Of a stretch of 64,000 nucleotides of DNA, positions 38,968 to 50,600 are shown one piece after another. Below the pieces are notes generated by a model that was not told where the DNA came from, ran no database searches, and saw only the letters and a list, made by a program, of their open reading frames with translations. Each line of letters starts with the position of its first letter. The stretch's first letter is position 1. The stretch is from Deltaproteobacteria bacterium (GTDB taxonomy: Bacteria > JAGRBM01 > JAHCIT01). Both the position numbers and the translations under genes were made by a program. The DNA lies in contig JAHCIT010000006.1 of NCBI GenBank assembly GCA_026129095.1, positions 1 to 64,000 on the forward strand, in the 5' to 3' direction.

Positions 38968-40164
38968 ATGCCGCTCGATTTCACCATGCCCGACGAACTC
39001 AAGCAGATCCGCGCCTCGGCCGAAAAGATGGTCCGAAAGTTCGATCCCGTGATCGAGCAGATGCGGCACGACATTCATGTCAACCGCCGGTTTCCGCAGG
39101 AGCTGTGGGACGCCGCCGCCGAGGCGGGATTTCTCGGCGCGCTGGTGCCCGAAGCCTATGGCGGTACCGATATCGGCATCACGGCGATGGGCGTGGCGAT
39201 GGAGACCATGACCTCGCACGGCCTGGGCAATGTCCTGTTCGTGCTGACGCCGATGGACGCGCTCTGCATCCTCCGGCACGGCTCCGAGGAGATGAAAAAG
39301 GAGTACCTGCCGCAGATCGCCAGCGGAAAGCTCAAGTTCTGCTTTGCCATTACCGAGCCGGACGCGGGTTCCAACACCTTCCGGATCACCACGCACGCGA
39401 AGAAGGATGGCGACGACTACGTCATCAACGGCCAGAAGACCTTTATTACCGGTGCCGACGTGGCCGACTACATGCTGCTCGTGACGCGAACGACGCCGTA
39501 CGAGGATCTCAAGGCAAAGAACCTGCCCAAGACCCATGGTTTTGGCCTCTTTATCGTTCCGACGAACATCAAGGGACTGGAAAAGCGGAAAATCCCCACC
39601 CACGGCATCGAGGGAATGAACCAGTTCACGCTGTTCCTCGATAATGTGCGCCTTCCGGCCCGCAGCCTCGTGGGCCAGCACGACCAGGGCTTTCTCCCTA
39701 TGTTCGAGGCGCTGAACCCCGAACGCATCCTGGCAGGATTTTCGGCATCGGGCTCCATTGATTACCTCCTCTCACGGGCAGTGAAATACGCCAAGGAGAG
39801 GAGCGTGTTCGGCGGCAAGCCGATCGGGGCCTACCAGGGAATCCAGCACCCGCTGGCCGAGATCAAGATCGAGGCGGAAGCGATGCGTCTCATGACCTAC
39901 AAGGCGGCCTGGGCCTATGACGCCAAGCTCCCGGCTACCGAGGTCGGCACCTATGCCAACTACGCCAAATACCTGGCCGCCGAAATTGCCATCAAGGCGG
40001 CAGACCGGGCCATTCAGACCATGGGCGGATACGGATTCTCCGAGGAATACGGCGTCATCCACCACTGGACCGGGATGCGCCTGATGCGAACGGCGCCTGT
40101 CTCGAAGGAGATGATCCTCTCGTTCGTGAGCGAGCATATCCTGGGCCTGCCGCGCAGCTACTGA
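38968..40164 (+). CDS. Acyl-CoA dehydrogenase
   Basis: FAITEPDAGSN, NGQKTFIT, LNPERI, QTMGGYG, GLPRSY; start ATG 38968. Confidence 0.95.
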   Translation: MPLDFTMPDELKQIRASAEKMVRKFDPVIEQMRHDIHVNRRFPQELWDAAAEAGFLGALVPEAYGGTDIGITAMGVAMETMTSHGLGNVLFVLTPMDALCILRHGSEEMKKEYLPQIASGKLKFCFAITEPDAGSNTFRITTHAKKDGDDYVINGQKTFITGADVADYMLLVTRTTPYEDLKAKNLPKTHGFGLFIVPTNIKGLEKRKIPTHGIEGMNQFTLFLDNVRLPARSLVGQHDQGFLPMFEALNPERILAGFSASGSIDYLLSRAVKYAKERSVFGGKPIGAYQGIQHPLAEIKIEAEAMRLMTYKAAWAYDAKLPATEVGTYANYAKYLAAEIAIKAADRAIQTMGGYGFSEEYGVIHHWTGMRLMRTAPVSKEMILSFVSEHILGLPRSY

Positions 40165-40196
40165 CCGCCTCCGGCCGCGGATTACCGGCACAGACG

Positions 40197-40227
40197 GAAA
40201 CGGGCCGCCCTTTGGGCGGCCCGTTTC
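40197..40227. terminator. Bidirectional hairpin terminator between convergent genes
   Basis: GAAACGGGCCGCCC-TTT-GGGCGGCCCGTTTC, perfect 14-bp stem. Confidence 0.85.
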
Positions 40228-40246
40228 ATCTTGGCGGCTACAGCTT

Positions 40247-41425
40247 TCAGATCATTTCAATCGCCACGGCCACGCCTTCCCCGCCGCCGATGCAGAGCGA
40301 AGCAACGCCGCGCTTCTTCTTCTCGTCCTGGAGGGCATGGATCAGTGTCACGATGATCCGGGCGCCGGAAGCCCCGATCGGGTGGCCGAGGGCCACCGCG
40401 CCGCCGCGGATATTGACCCTCGCCGGGTCAATGCCGAGCTTTTTCACGTTGGCCAGCCCGACGATGGAGAACGCCTCGTTCAGTTCCCAGAGGTCAACGT
40501 CCTCTTTCTTCCAGCTGATCTTCTTCAGCAGGTTTTCACAGGCCGCAGCCGGTCCCATCGTGAACCACTCGGGGTCCAGCGAGGCCTCGGCCTGTCCCAC
40601 GATGCGGGCCAGCGGCTTCATGCCCAGTTCCCTGGCGCGCTTTTCGCCCATCAGGACCAGCGCGGCGGCGCCATCGTTGATGGTGCTGGCGTTGCCAGCC
40701 GTGATAGTGCCGTTCTTCTCGAACGCCGCCCGCAGTCCGCCCAGCTTGTCAATGTCGCCGCGGCCGGGCTCCTCGTCCTCGCTCACGATGACCGGGTCGC
40801 CCTTGCGCTGCGGGACGCTCACCTCGACGATCTCCCGCTTGAACCTGCCGCTCTTCACCGAGGTCTGCGCCTTGCGGTAGCTGTCGGCGGCGAACTGGTC
40901 CTGTGCGGCGCGGCCGAAGTCGTACTTCGTCGCGCACAGCTCGGCACAGCTTCCCATGTGCTTGTTGTTGTAGGCGTCCCACAACCCGTCGTGGATCATC
41001 GAGTCGATCATCTGGGCATGGCCCATGCGGTAACCCTCGCGGGCCTTGGCGAGCAGCATCGGCGCCTGGCTCATCGATTCCATTCCGCCCGCGACCATGA
41101 CACTGCGGTCGCCAACGCGGATCGCCTGGTCAGCCAGCATGACGGCCTTCATGCCGGAACCGCACATCTTGTTGATCGTATGGGCATAGGTTCCCAGGGG
41201 AAGCCCCGCGTGAATCGTCGCCTGACGGGCCGGGGCCTGTCCCTGACCTGCCATCAGCACGTTGCCCATGACCACTTCCTCGACCTGGGCGGCCTCGACC
41301 CCGGCACGGCGAACAGCCTCCTTGATGGCGGCAGCGCCAAGCTGGCTGGCCGGGACGTCCTTCAGGGAGCCCAGAAACGAGCCCATCGGTGTGCGGGCGG
41401 CGGAGACGATGACGGTGGATTCCAT
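40247..41425 (-). CDS. Acetyl-CoA C-acyltransferase (thiolase)
   Basis: NKMCGSG, NEAF, GHPIGASG, CIGGG. Confidence 0.97.
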   Translation of the reverse strand: MESTVIVSAARTPMGSFLGSLKDVPASQLGAAAIKEAVRRAGVEAAQVEEVVMGNVLMAGQGQAPARQATIHAGLPLGTYAHTINKMCGSGMKAVMLADQAIRVGDRSVMVAGGMESMSQAPMLLAKAREGYRMGHAQMIDSMIHDGLWDAYNNKHMGSCAELCATKYDFGRAAQDQFAADSYRKAQTSVKSGRFKREIVEVSVPQRKGDPVIVSEDEEPGRGDIDKLGGLRAAFEKNGTITAGNASTINDGAAALVLMGEKRARELGMKPLARIVGQAEASLDPEWFTMGPAAACENLLKKISWKKEDVDLWELNEAFSIVGLANVKKLGIDPARVNIRGGAVALGHPIGASGARIIVTLIHALQDEKKKRGVASLCIGGGEGVAVAIEMI

Positions 41426-41626
41426 AACTGTTATCGAGCCTTTCGTGTGGATGTGTGGTGCCCGGGCGGCCTTGATTAGAACCTGACCGGGATCAGGCCG
41501 GACGAACCGGCCACGCCAGAGCGGTTATCACGCCCTGACGCCGGCTGGCAACGCGACCGGGCCGGTAAAATCCCCAAAAAACCCAATGAAAACAGGGTGT
41601 TTTTAATATTTGCCTGATCCGGCCAG

Positions 41627-41653
41627 CCGCGCCTCATCCGTGGTGAGGCGTGG
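41627..41653 (-). terminator. Possible hairpin downstream of the giant gene
   Basis: CCGCGCCTCA...TGAGGCGTGG inverted repeat about 30 nt past the stop; no U-tract. Confidence 0.35.
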
Positions 41654-41685
41654 TGAGCCGTGTTCAGCCGTGGCCGCCCTGCCTG

Positions 41686-44600
41686 CTACCTGGGCAGCAG
41701 CACATGGACCAATCGGTCCTGTCCGAAGTTCCAGTCATTCGCCGTGATGAAGAGCGGGACGCCATGACTCCTCGCGTCATCAGCGATATTGTTCGGCATG
41801 GGGGCCGACGCAATACCGATCGGTTCGAACAGTGTCATGTCGCCATCGGGGTAAATCACCTGCGCGAGGCTCCAGCGGCCCAGCACACGGCCGCCAAGAT
41901 CCAACTCTACAACCTCGGCAAAATCTATGCTGTCGGAAACCAGAACAAACACGGTTCCGGTCATCGGGTGGTAGACAATCTCCTTGGGATCGCCGCCCAT
42001 CCAGGTGCCCGGCGGTATCATCGCCACGCTGCGGATGTCGCCCCCGCTTCCATTGGTATACTGGTCCCACACCATCAGTTTGTACTTGGAAGCATTGGCC
42101 GTCTCCGCTCCCAGCATTACCAGATCGCCGCTGTGAGCCGCACCGCTCAAGGCCGGCCCCGTCCAGGCGGAGATACGGACGTCAACATCATTGTGGAAGT
42201 TGAACGGAGGCCCCCCAAGGCTGAGTGCATTGAACAGCACATTACCGGAATTCGGAGCGGTCTGGTTCTCCGGCCACATATGCAATGTATTCGGGGAACC
42301 ACCGGAGTTGCATATGGCTGCAATCGCCCCTTGCGTGACCGGAGACGTGGTCTGATGGTTCCATGCGGTTTCTGTCACCGCAATGGATCGCATGTTCCCT
42401 CCAGTGCATCCGCTCAAGCCAGTAACATCCGTAGACTGCATGAGCGATACCGGGAACGCATTCGCCGTTACCTTGCGGATATCAGCCGAACGCAGGACGT
42501 AGCTGTGTCCAACCGTAAATCCCGGCTGGGACCGGAAGGCGACCGGACCGGCAACAAATGCGCCGAAGATCACGTTGCTGTCGGAATAGTTCAGCGGCGT
42601 CAGGTATTGCGCCTCGCGGGCAATGCCGATCGGCTGCACCATGGCGTTCAGTGACGAGTATCCGAGCTGGTATTCCTGCGTCTCACCCGCATTGTTCAGG
42701 ATGGCGCGTGATGTCAGGACTGGCCATGGATAGTCGGTATAAAGGAACAGCCCCTGGGTCGGCACCGCCGGATTCACCGATGTGATTGCCGACACAGCCG
42801 TGCTGGTCGAATCGACAAAATCCGCGTGATACGGCGGGAACATCCCGTTGAATACCGCTGGACGCGGGTCGTCGCCGAACCGGATCTTCGTCCCCCACCG
42901 CTCGCTTTCCGGAATGACCGGAACCGGACTGCGCGGGAAACCGCTGAAGTGGTAGCTGCTGCCAACCGCAACCTGGATATCCTTCATTCCCTTGCCGTCA
43001 AACTCGTCGCTGCCGACCTCCAGGAACAGCTCTACCGTCTGTTCCCAGGTCTGCGGATCGATGTTTCCGGAGATGGGGACCATCATGACATCCTGTTCCA
43101 TAAAGGAACCGCAGCCGGTCCCCACCCCGTTCACCTTCTGGGTGGTGCAGTTGCCCCCCACGAACTGTGGAAGGGTCAGGAAGACCGTATCCCAGGCTTC
43201 GCTGGCCTCAAGCACATGGAACTTGAGCGTCAGGTGAAGCTGGACCGGCTCTCCCACCGGGGCCGCGCGGCGGCTGAAGTAGGCCCGGATGCCGCTGCCA
43301 TCGTGACTGCCCCCGCCGCCCTGGGAGGTCTGGCTGTCCTGCCAGAAACCGGGCTCAGGCGCCACTACAAATTCAAGGAGATCGTCTCCATCCGGACTGG
43401 TTGAGAATGCGAAGTCCAGATCAAGATACTTGCTCGTACCGTTATAGCTGACCACCTTCCGCATCTCGCCATCAACGCAGCCGGTGCCTCCCACCCGGAT
43501 ACAGCGGAGCCATTTACCGGTGTAGTAGTCGATCTGGAAGCTCAGTGAATTGTGCCCTTCGATCCTGAGGCCGCCATTCAGGACATTGATGACCGGTGTG
43601 GCCTTGAAGATCTCGAAATGGTCACCGGGATCGAACGATACCGGCCCGGCGAAGTTGAACTCGCGGCCGGACCCGTCATACCAGCTGATCTGGCGGTATT
43701 GACCGGTACCGGCGCCGCTGGTGAAGCGGATCCACATGCCATCGTATCTGCCGCTTTCCGGGTGCAGTTCCGATCCGCCGCTAAACGAGGTTGTGGACCA
43801 GACGTCCCTCACCACAGAAGTCGCCGCCGTGGCAAGCCGGATGTCGGGCAGGTATTTCTCGATCTCCCGCAGGATCACCGGATTGGCGTCACCCAGGTCG
43901 AAATAGGGCGACGGATAGCTGGCGTCCAGTGAGAAATCCCCGGAAGCCTCATCCGCGAACTCCGGGGACTGGTTCCAGGGATAGGAGATCGAGTCGAGCG
44001 AGTTCTGCGTGCAGAAGTTCGGGGAACTATAGGCGATACAATCCGACCCATTGGCAATAAAAACGTTCGACGACGCATGGCTTGTACCCGGCGTAAATGC
44101 TGTTGGATGGAAGATCAGCGCTTCGTTCTGGCTGCCGGAGAAGATATTGTTTCGCAGGTCGATTCCGGGCGCATTTCCGGTTGGACTTGCCCATTCAATC
44201 GCGGGATCCATGTAAGCGAACGTATTGTTCGCCACGATGACCGTATTTGCCGGATCAGGGAACGAATTCCCCGTTGCCGCGCCGATAGCGACGTAAATAC
44301 CCTGTGCCGGAGTGGTTACCATCCCCCGGAACAGGTTTCCGGCAATCAGCGTGCCCGCAGTATTCGCACTGTTCATGTATATATGGTTGCCAGGGCTGTG
44401 GCCGCCGATAAACGTGTTGCCGACGATCTTGGTCAGTTCACCATCGTTCCATACGCCGTTCCCATCATGATCCGTCAGGTCAATACGGTTTCGGCGGATG
44501 ACCGTATTGCTGGCGGATCCCGTCAGGAAAATTCCGGTATCGTTGTACACCAGGTGATTATCCTCGATAACCGTATTTTCATCCTGGATCAGGAACCCGT

Positions 44601-47600
44601 TCTGGCAGCCAGAAACGGTGTTCCGGGCGAAACGGACATCATTCACGGAAAATTCCGTCCGGAAGCCCTGCACGTTCGTGGACCCCATGCAGGTTACCGA
44701 ATTGCCGGTGATATTCAGGGAACCGGGCATCTCCACCACCCGGACACCCATCGAGGTGCTGAAGGGATCGTACATCGTGATCCGGTTGTTCTCGATACGG
44801 ACATCGCCGGTCATGGCTTCCTGCCTGATAACCCCGCCGCTTCCGTCACGAACAGCGATATTGTTGTCCCGGACCTGCATCAGCCCATCGCCAGCAACAT
44901 ATACAATTCCGTCGCCGCGGAAGTTTGCGCTGACCCGGTTGCCATAAAAGTCGGTATTCGCGGATCCGAGCCAGATCGCCGGAGAAGTGCCCGACACCGG
45001 GACATTGAACCGGAAACTGTTGCCGTGGATATCCACGCCACTCGCCTGGCCACCAATATACACGACGATCAGGTTCCACGACGAAACGGCATCCAGTTCG
45101 ATCCCGCGTATGGTGATATGCGGTGCGCCCGATACCGGCTCTATGTACAGAGCATTGAAGGCACTGTCAGTCTTGGATATCTGTAGCTGGCCCATTCCAT
45201 CCAGCGTGAAATCATCTTCGTCGTTATAAGACGCGGTAACCGCGAGCACCACCTGCGAGACCGCCCCCGGCCGGACGGTCAGCGGCCCGGAAATCAGGCC
45301 AGGCAGTGTCTCCATGCCGAACCGCAACGTACCGGGACTGGTATCACCGCCACCGGACTGGATCGCGTAGCCGCTCACATCCAGGCTTAATTCATAGTCC
45401 GAGGGGGCAAAGCTGTTCCCCGGCGGAATCTGGTAGTACAGCGTGAGCGTGTAGTCCTGGTTGTCGTGGGGAACCTGGACGGTCCAGTTCCCATTCGCCT
45501 GGTCACCCGGCCCCGGAATATCCAGGATCATCCCCTCGGTGCTGTCCACGAGCTTCACGCCAACCGAGCCGGGTTCAAGCAACTGGACGTTAAGCTTCAC
45601 CACCTGTCCGGCCCTGAGGCCCTGCAGGTAGAAGGTGTCTATATCGCCCCTGGCATCGAACCGGCCCGTGTATTGGGCGACCGAATCGCCAGTCGTATCC
45701 AGATTGACGACGGCACCGATGTTGTCGCCGAACGGCTCGTTGAAAATCCAGGGATCGAGCGGATCGGGATCAAGACCCTGGCACCAGGGCGTGTTGACCG
45801 GACCGTCGCACTGTCCGTCGCCGTCGCTGTCTGACAGCGCCGGATCGGTGTAGTGCACGAACCCGGAAACAGCAGGTGGGGTGGCTGCTTTCAGTGCAGC
45901 CCCCATTTCGCCCGGATTGTCACCGCGGTGCTGCCAGTCGCCCACACCCAGCTGACCCTGGTTATTCATTCCCCAACACTTCACACGACCGTCCCGCAGT
46001 ATCCCACAGCTGGTAACACCTCCTGTGGACACCATGACCACCTCGCCATCCAGATCCACGTAGGGAAGGTTATCACCCATCTCGCCCGGACTATCGCCCC
46101 GGTTCTGTGTATCACCGATTCCGAGCTGCCCGAAGTGATTGCGGCCCCAGCATTTCACCTTGCCGTTGTCGAGGAGCGCACAGGTATGGGCACTAATTCC
46201 ACTGGCGGAGATGTGGCGGGCGCGCCGGCCGGTACCGAAATCAACATACGGCAGGCCGTCGCCCATCTCCCCGGCGTTATCACCCCGGTCATTCGTGTCG
46301 CCCTGCCCGCTGATTCCGTATGCATTGTAGCCCCAGCACTTGACCCCGCCATTATCCAGAAGCGCACAGGTATGGCCCCCACCCGCAACAATCTGAACCG
46401 CCGTCCGGCCGGTGCCGAGGTTCACAACCGGAAGATTGTCACCCATCTCGCCGGGTCCGTCACCGCGGGAAACTCCATCTTCATAGCCCAGACGGCCCTG
46501 CATGCCGAATCCCCAGCACTTCACCGACCCATCGTCGAGAATCGCGCACGTGTGATTGTTACCCGCCGAAACCTGAACGGCGGTCCGCCCTGTCCCCAGA
46601 TCAACGAATGGCAGGTTGTCACCCATCTCGCCGCCGTTGTCACCCCGATTGTTGACGTCACCCAGTCCGAGCTCGCCGGAAGAATTTATTCCCCAGCACT
46701 TCACCTGGCCACTCGCCAGGATCGCGCAGGTATGAGAACTCCCCGCATCAATGAACGTGGCCGACTGGCCTGTACCCAGGTTCGTAACCGGAAGGTTATT
46801 GCTCATCTCGCCAGGACCGTCACCCATGTGGTTGGTCGTGCCCTGCCCCAGTTCGCCACTGGTATTCCGGCCCCAGCACTTGACGCTGCCGCCCGGCCTG
46901 ATGGCGCAATTATGATACCCACCGGCCGTCACCATCTCCGATGTCGCACCGGAACCCAACAGCACGTTCGGCAGTGACGACATTTCCCCTGGGTCGTCAC
47001 CACGCGGTGTGGTATCACCGTAACCGAGCTGGCCGTAAAGATTACCGCCCCAGCACCACAGGGCACCGGGCCAGTCGCTCCGGTCAGTCTCGCGGGCACA
47101 GACGTGCTCGGCTCCAATGGAAATCATCTTGCTTTCACGGAAGTCGTTTTCGGCTCCGGCGCAGGCGCCCACAGCCACGTACCCGTCGCACAGGCCGTCG
47201 CCGTCGCTGTCCGCCAGCGCCGGGTCGGACCGCCGCGAGAACTGGGCTTCACCCAGCATGACGACCAGTTCGTTGTACATCCAGTTGGCGAGCGCGAGGT
47301 CTGGCACGCCGTCGCCATTGAAGTCGGCAACGGACACCCGGTCGAAATCATAGGAGGCCAGCTCATACTGGCGCGGGGAGATGTGGTAGTTGCCGTTCGG
47401 CAGGCCATAGGCCCCGCCCTGCTCATCCACATGACCGTAGAACACCTGCATTCTGGTTTCGCTGCTTCCACCCGGAATAATGATGTCCAGTGCGCCGTTC
47501 TGGTCGAGATCGGCCATGGTGAACCAGGAGGGCGTCACGGCCGGGTTCAGGTCGAGATCCTGGAATCCGGTGTTGGCGAACTCGAGGGTGCCCCGGCCAT

Positions 47601-50600
47601 TGATACCGCCCTGCATCCGTGTCTGCACCTTCTGGGAGTCGCGCATGAGACTCACGAGGTCCGGGACGAGGTCGGCATTGATGTCGGCCATCATCACATC
47701 GGCCAGCTCGTCGCTCACCGGGCGCGACTGCAGCGCGCCGAATGAATTACCCGGCTGTCCGGTACCGGCACTGCAGCCGGACACCGGCTGGACCGCGCCG
47801 CAAAGCGGCAGGGTATGGACATATCCGCTCTCGGTTTCGGGGAAGTAGATATCCTTGAGTCCGTCCCGGTTCACGTCCGCAACATACGCGAAGCCGAGCG
47901 GCTCGAAACCGCCATTATCATAGGGGGTAACCGGCGATCCCGGCCAGGAATTGAACCCCGTCGCCGTGAAGGTGCGGATCTGGCCAAGCACTCCGTAGGC
48001 CATCATGATATCCAGGTTGCTGTCGCCGTTCAGGTCAATGACACCGCCGCTCGTGATCCCGCCAGCTCCCGTGCTGTTGTGCAGCACCCCCGCCTCGAAC
48101 TGCCCAACGCCCAGACAACCAGCCAATGGGCTGCTGATACCCGCGCACCCATAGAACACCTGGAACTGGCCCGCCTGGTAGAACACGACCAGATCCATGA
48201 AGCCGTCGCGGTTCATGTCGGCCATCTCGATTCCGGCCGTTGTGGATGAACCCAGGGTATATTGCGCCGGACCCGTAAACTGGCCCGTGCCATCACCGCT
48301 GTAGACGAGCATGACGTTGTTGCCGCCCGCCACCGCGATATCCTGCCGGCCGTCCAGATTGAAATCGCCCGTGGCCATGTATCTCGGACCGCTCAGGGCG
48401 TGGGTGCCCGTGTTGTACTGCGCGGCCATTTCGAATTTCCCGTCCAGATTGCGGCGCACGACCTCTCCGCCGTCCGGCAACCCGTCGCCATCGGTGTCCC
48501 AAAGGTGCGGATTGATGCCGTAGTGAACCTCCCACCCGTCCGGCAGGCCATCGCTGTCAGTATCAGACAGCGCGGGATCGGTACCTACATCGCGGAAGTT
48601 TTCCATCGTGCCGGTATTGGTCTCGGCGAAGTCGGGGTACTGGTCGCCGTCGCTGTCCGGCCCGCCGATCACAAGCCCGATCGAGGTGAACCCGGCCATT
48701 TCATCCGCCTTCACCCAGGTGAACGCCATCGTCGGACGCCCGGCCGCATCGACGGCGACGCTCACGCCATTGCCGTATTGCCAGATATTGGGGCTCACCG
48801 ACTTGGTAAGCGCCCAGGTAAACCCGCCGTCATAGCTCCGGGCGAGATAGAAATCGGCTTCCTTTTCGTCCGGCACGTTTGAACGGCGCTGCTCCCAGCC
48901 GAGATAGAGCTGGTTGCGCGGTCCTACGGCAACGGAGGGGCCCCGGCTCTCGGTCTCAAGGGAGGGGGTCACCTCAATCTGGCCGGTAAAGGTGCTGCTG
49001 CATTCGTCACCAACTACCGCAAACCAGACCTCCGGTCCGTTGACGCCCACCCTGAGCCAGACAACGGCCCATCCGCCACCATTATGGAGGGCCGCAATCC
49101 TGGGTGAGGTGTGATTGGAAGCAGGATCAGCGGAAACGTCGAAAGCCGCAGTGTAGCCGCTTCCGCCATCAGTTGAGCAGGCGATTTCCACCTGGCCGTA
49201 TCCGCCATAGTTGGCAACATACACAACCGCGATATCGCCGTTTTCCGCAACAGCGATATCCGGCTGCGAGGCAGTTGACCCGCCCGAGAACCAGTAAGGC
49301 CAGCCGGTCGTAGTGAAAGACTGCCCGCGGTTATTCGATACCTGGACCTGTATGGCATCATCGGTCCCCGTGTCGTCCACTTCGTGGAAAGCCACGGCGA
49401 CGCGTGCGCCACTGGCAGCTACCGCCGGAGTATGGCCGCTCCATCCGCCCGAGTGGTTGGTCAGGTTCAGGGAGTCGAACGACTGGGCGCCATTCTGCGA
49501 GCGCAGGAACATGATGTCGTTGTCCCACGGAGAAGTGGGAGAAAGCGCCGTAAAGACCGCGTAGTAGTCGTTCAGGAAACGCGATGTGGCGGCGGCGACA
49601 TCAATCTCGCCATCGGGATCATGGGAACCAACCACATTGGCACTGAACACCACGCCGCCATTGAGCGAACGGCGGACCTGGGTCTCCGCGGGCTGCGGCA
49701 CACCGGCCAGGACTTCGTGGCGCGAGAAGGCAACGACCGGGACATCCTCTGACCTGGGCAGCCAGCGGATCACCGGATTAGTGACAACCACATTCCCGAA
49801 ATACTCCAGGCTCTGCGGGCTGGCCGTCAGCGAGTAGCCGGGGAGCAACGGATCCATTCCTTCGCCAGGCAGTTCCGCCCCGTCGGGCACCAGATCCCGG
49901 TCCGAGTCCGGGTCCGTTGGGTCGGTAAAGGTTATGTACAGCTCGTCAGAATCACTTAGCCAGTCACCATCGGTATCCGGGTTCAGCGGGTCCGTGTCCC
50001 AGCCGGATTCCGTGCCGGAGCAGATTCCGGTAACTACCGAGCCGTCACACAGGAAGTCACCATCCGTATCCTCGTTGTTCGGATCGCTGGAGTAGCCAAG
50101 ACCCACGGTATTCGCCGGGATGATCTTCACTCCCGAAGTGTCTGCGACGACCAGGTCGGCGGCTCCGTCCCCGTTGAAGTCCGCGAGCACGAAGCTCCGC
50201 GAATCGGAAGTCCCCGACAATGCATTATCGGAAACGAGTTCACCCGTCGGACGGCCAAAGATACCTTCTCCTCTGAATATCTCGGCCTCGAATGCCACAC
50301 GCCCCACAATGACGTCGGGGCGGCCATCGCCGCTCAGGTCTCCAGCGAAGATTCCCGTTGTTTCTGTAAGAGTGGGGGCCGTCCCAAGCTGGGCAACCCG
50401 CGCAAACCGTACCGGCACTCCCGGTCCTGACCCACCCGGCTGGTAGCCAGCGGCGACGAAATGGTTGACGCCAATCTGGCCGGTGAAGAGGACGTCCGGA
50501 CGGTCATTCCCGTCAAGACCGGCCACCCTGACATGGCCATGCAACGTCATTGGCGGGTTGAAACTCGCCCCTTCCAGGAGAGTCTGGACCGGACCGAACT

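Noticed and set aside
30148-40164. Local acyl-CoA dehydrogenases as methylsuccinyl-CoA dehydrogenase completing an ethylmalonyl-CoA cluster
   Set aside because: Both are standard-length ACADs lacking the N-terminal extension of Mcd; no mutase or epimerase in the window
48670-49830. Active sialidase within the giant protein
   Set aside because: Asp-boxes are present but I cannot identify a RIP motif or arginine triad; called BNR-repeat domain only
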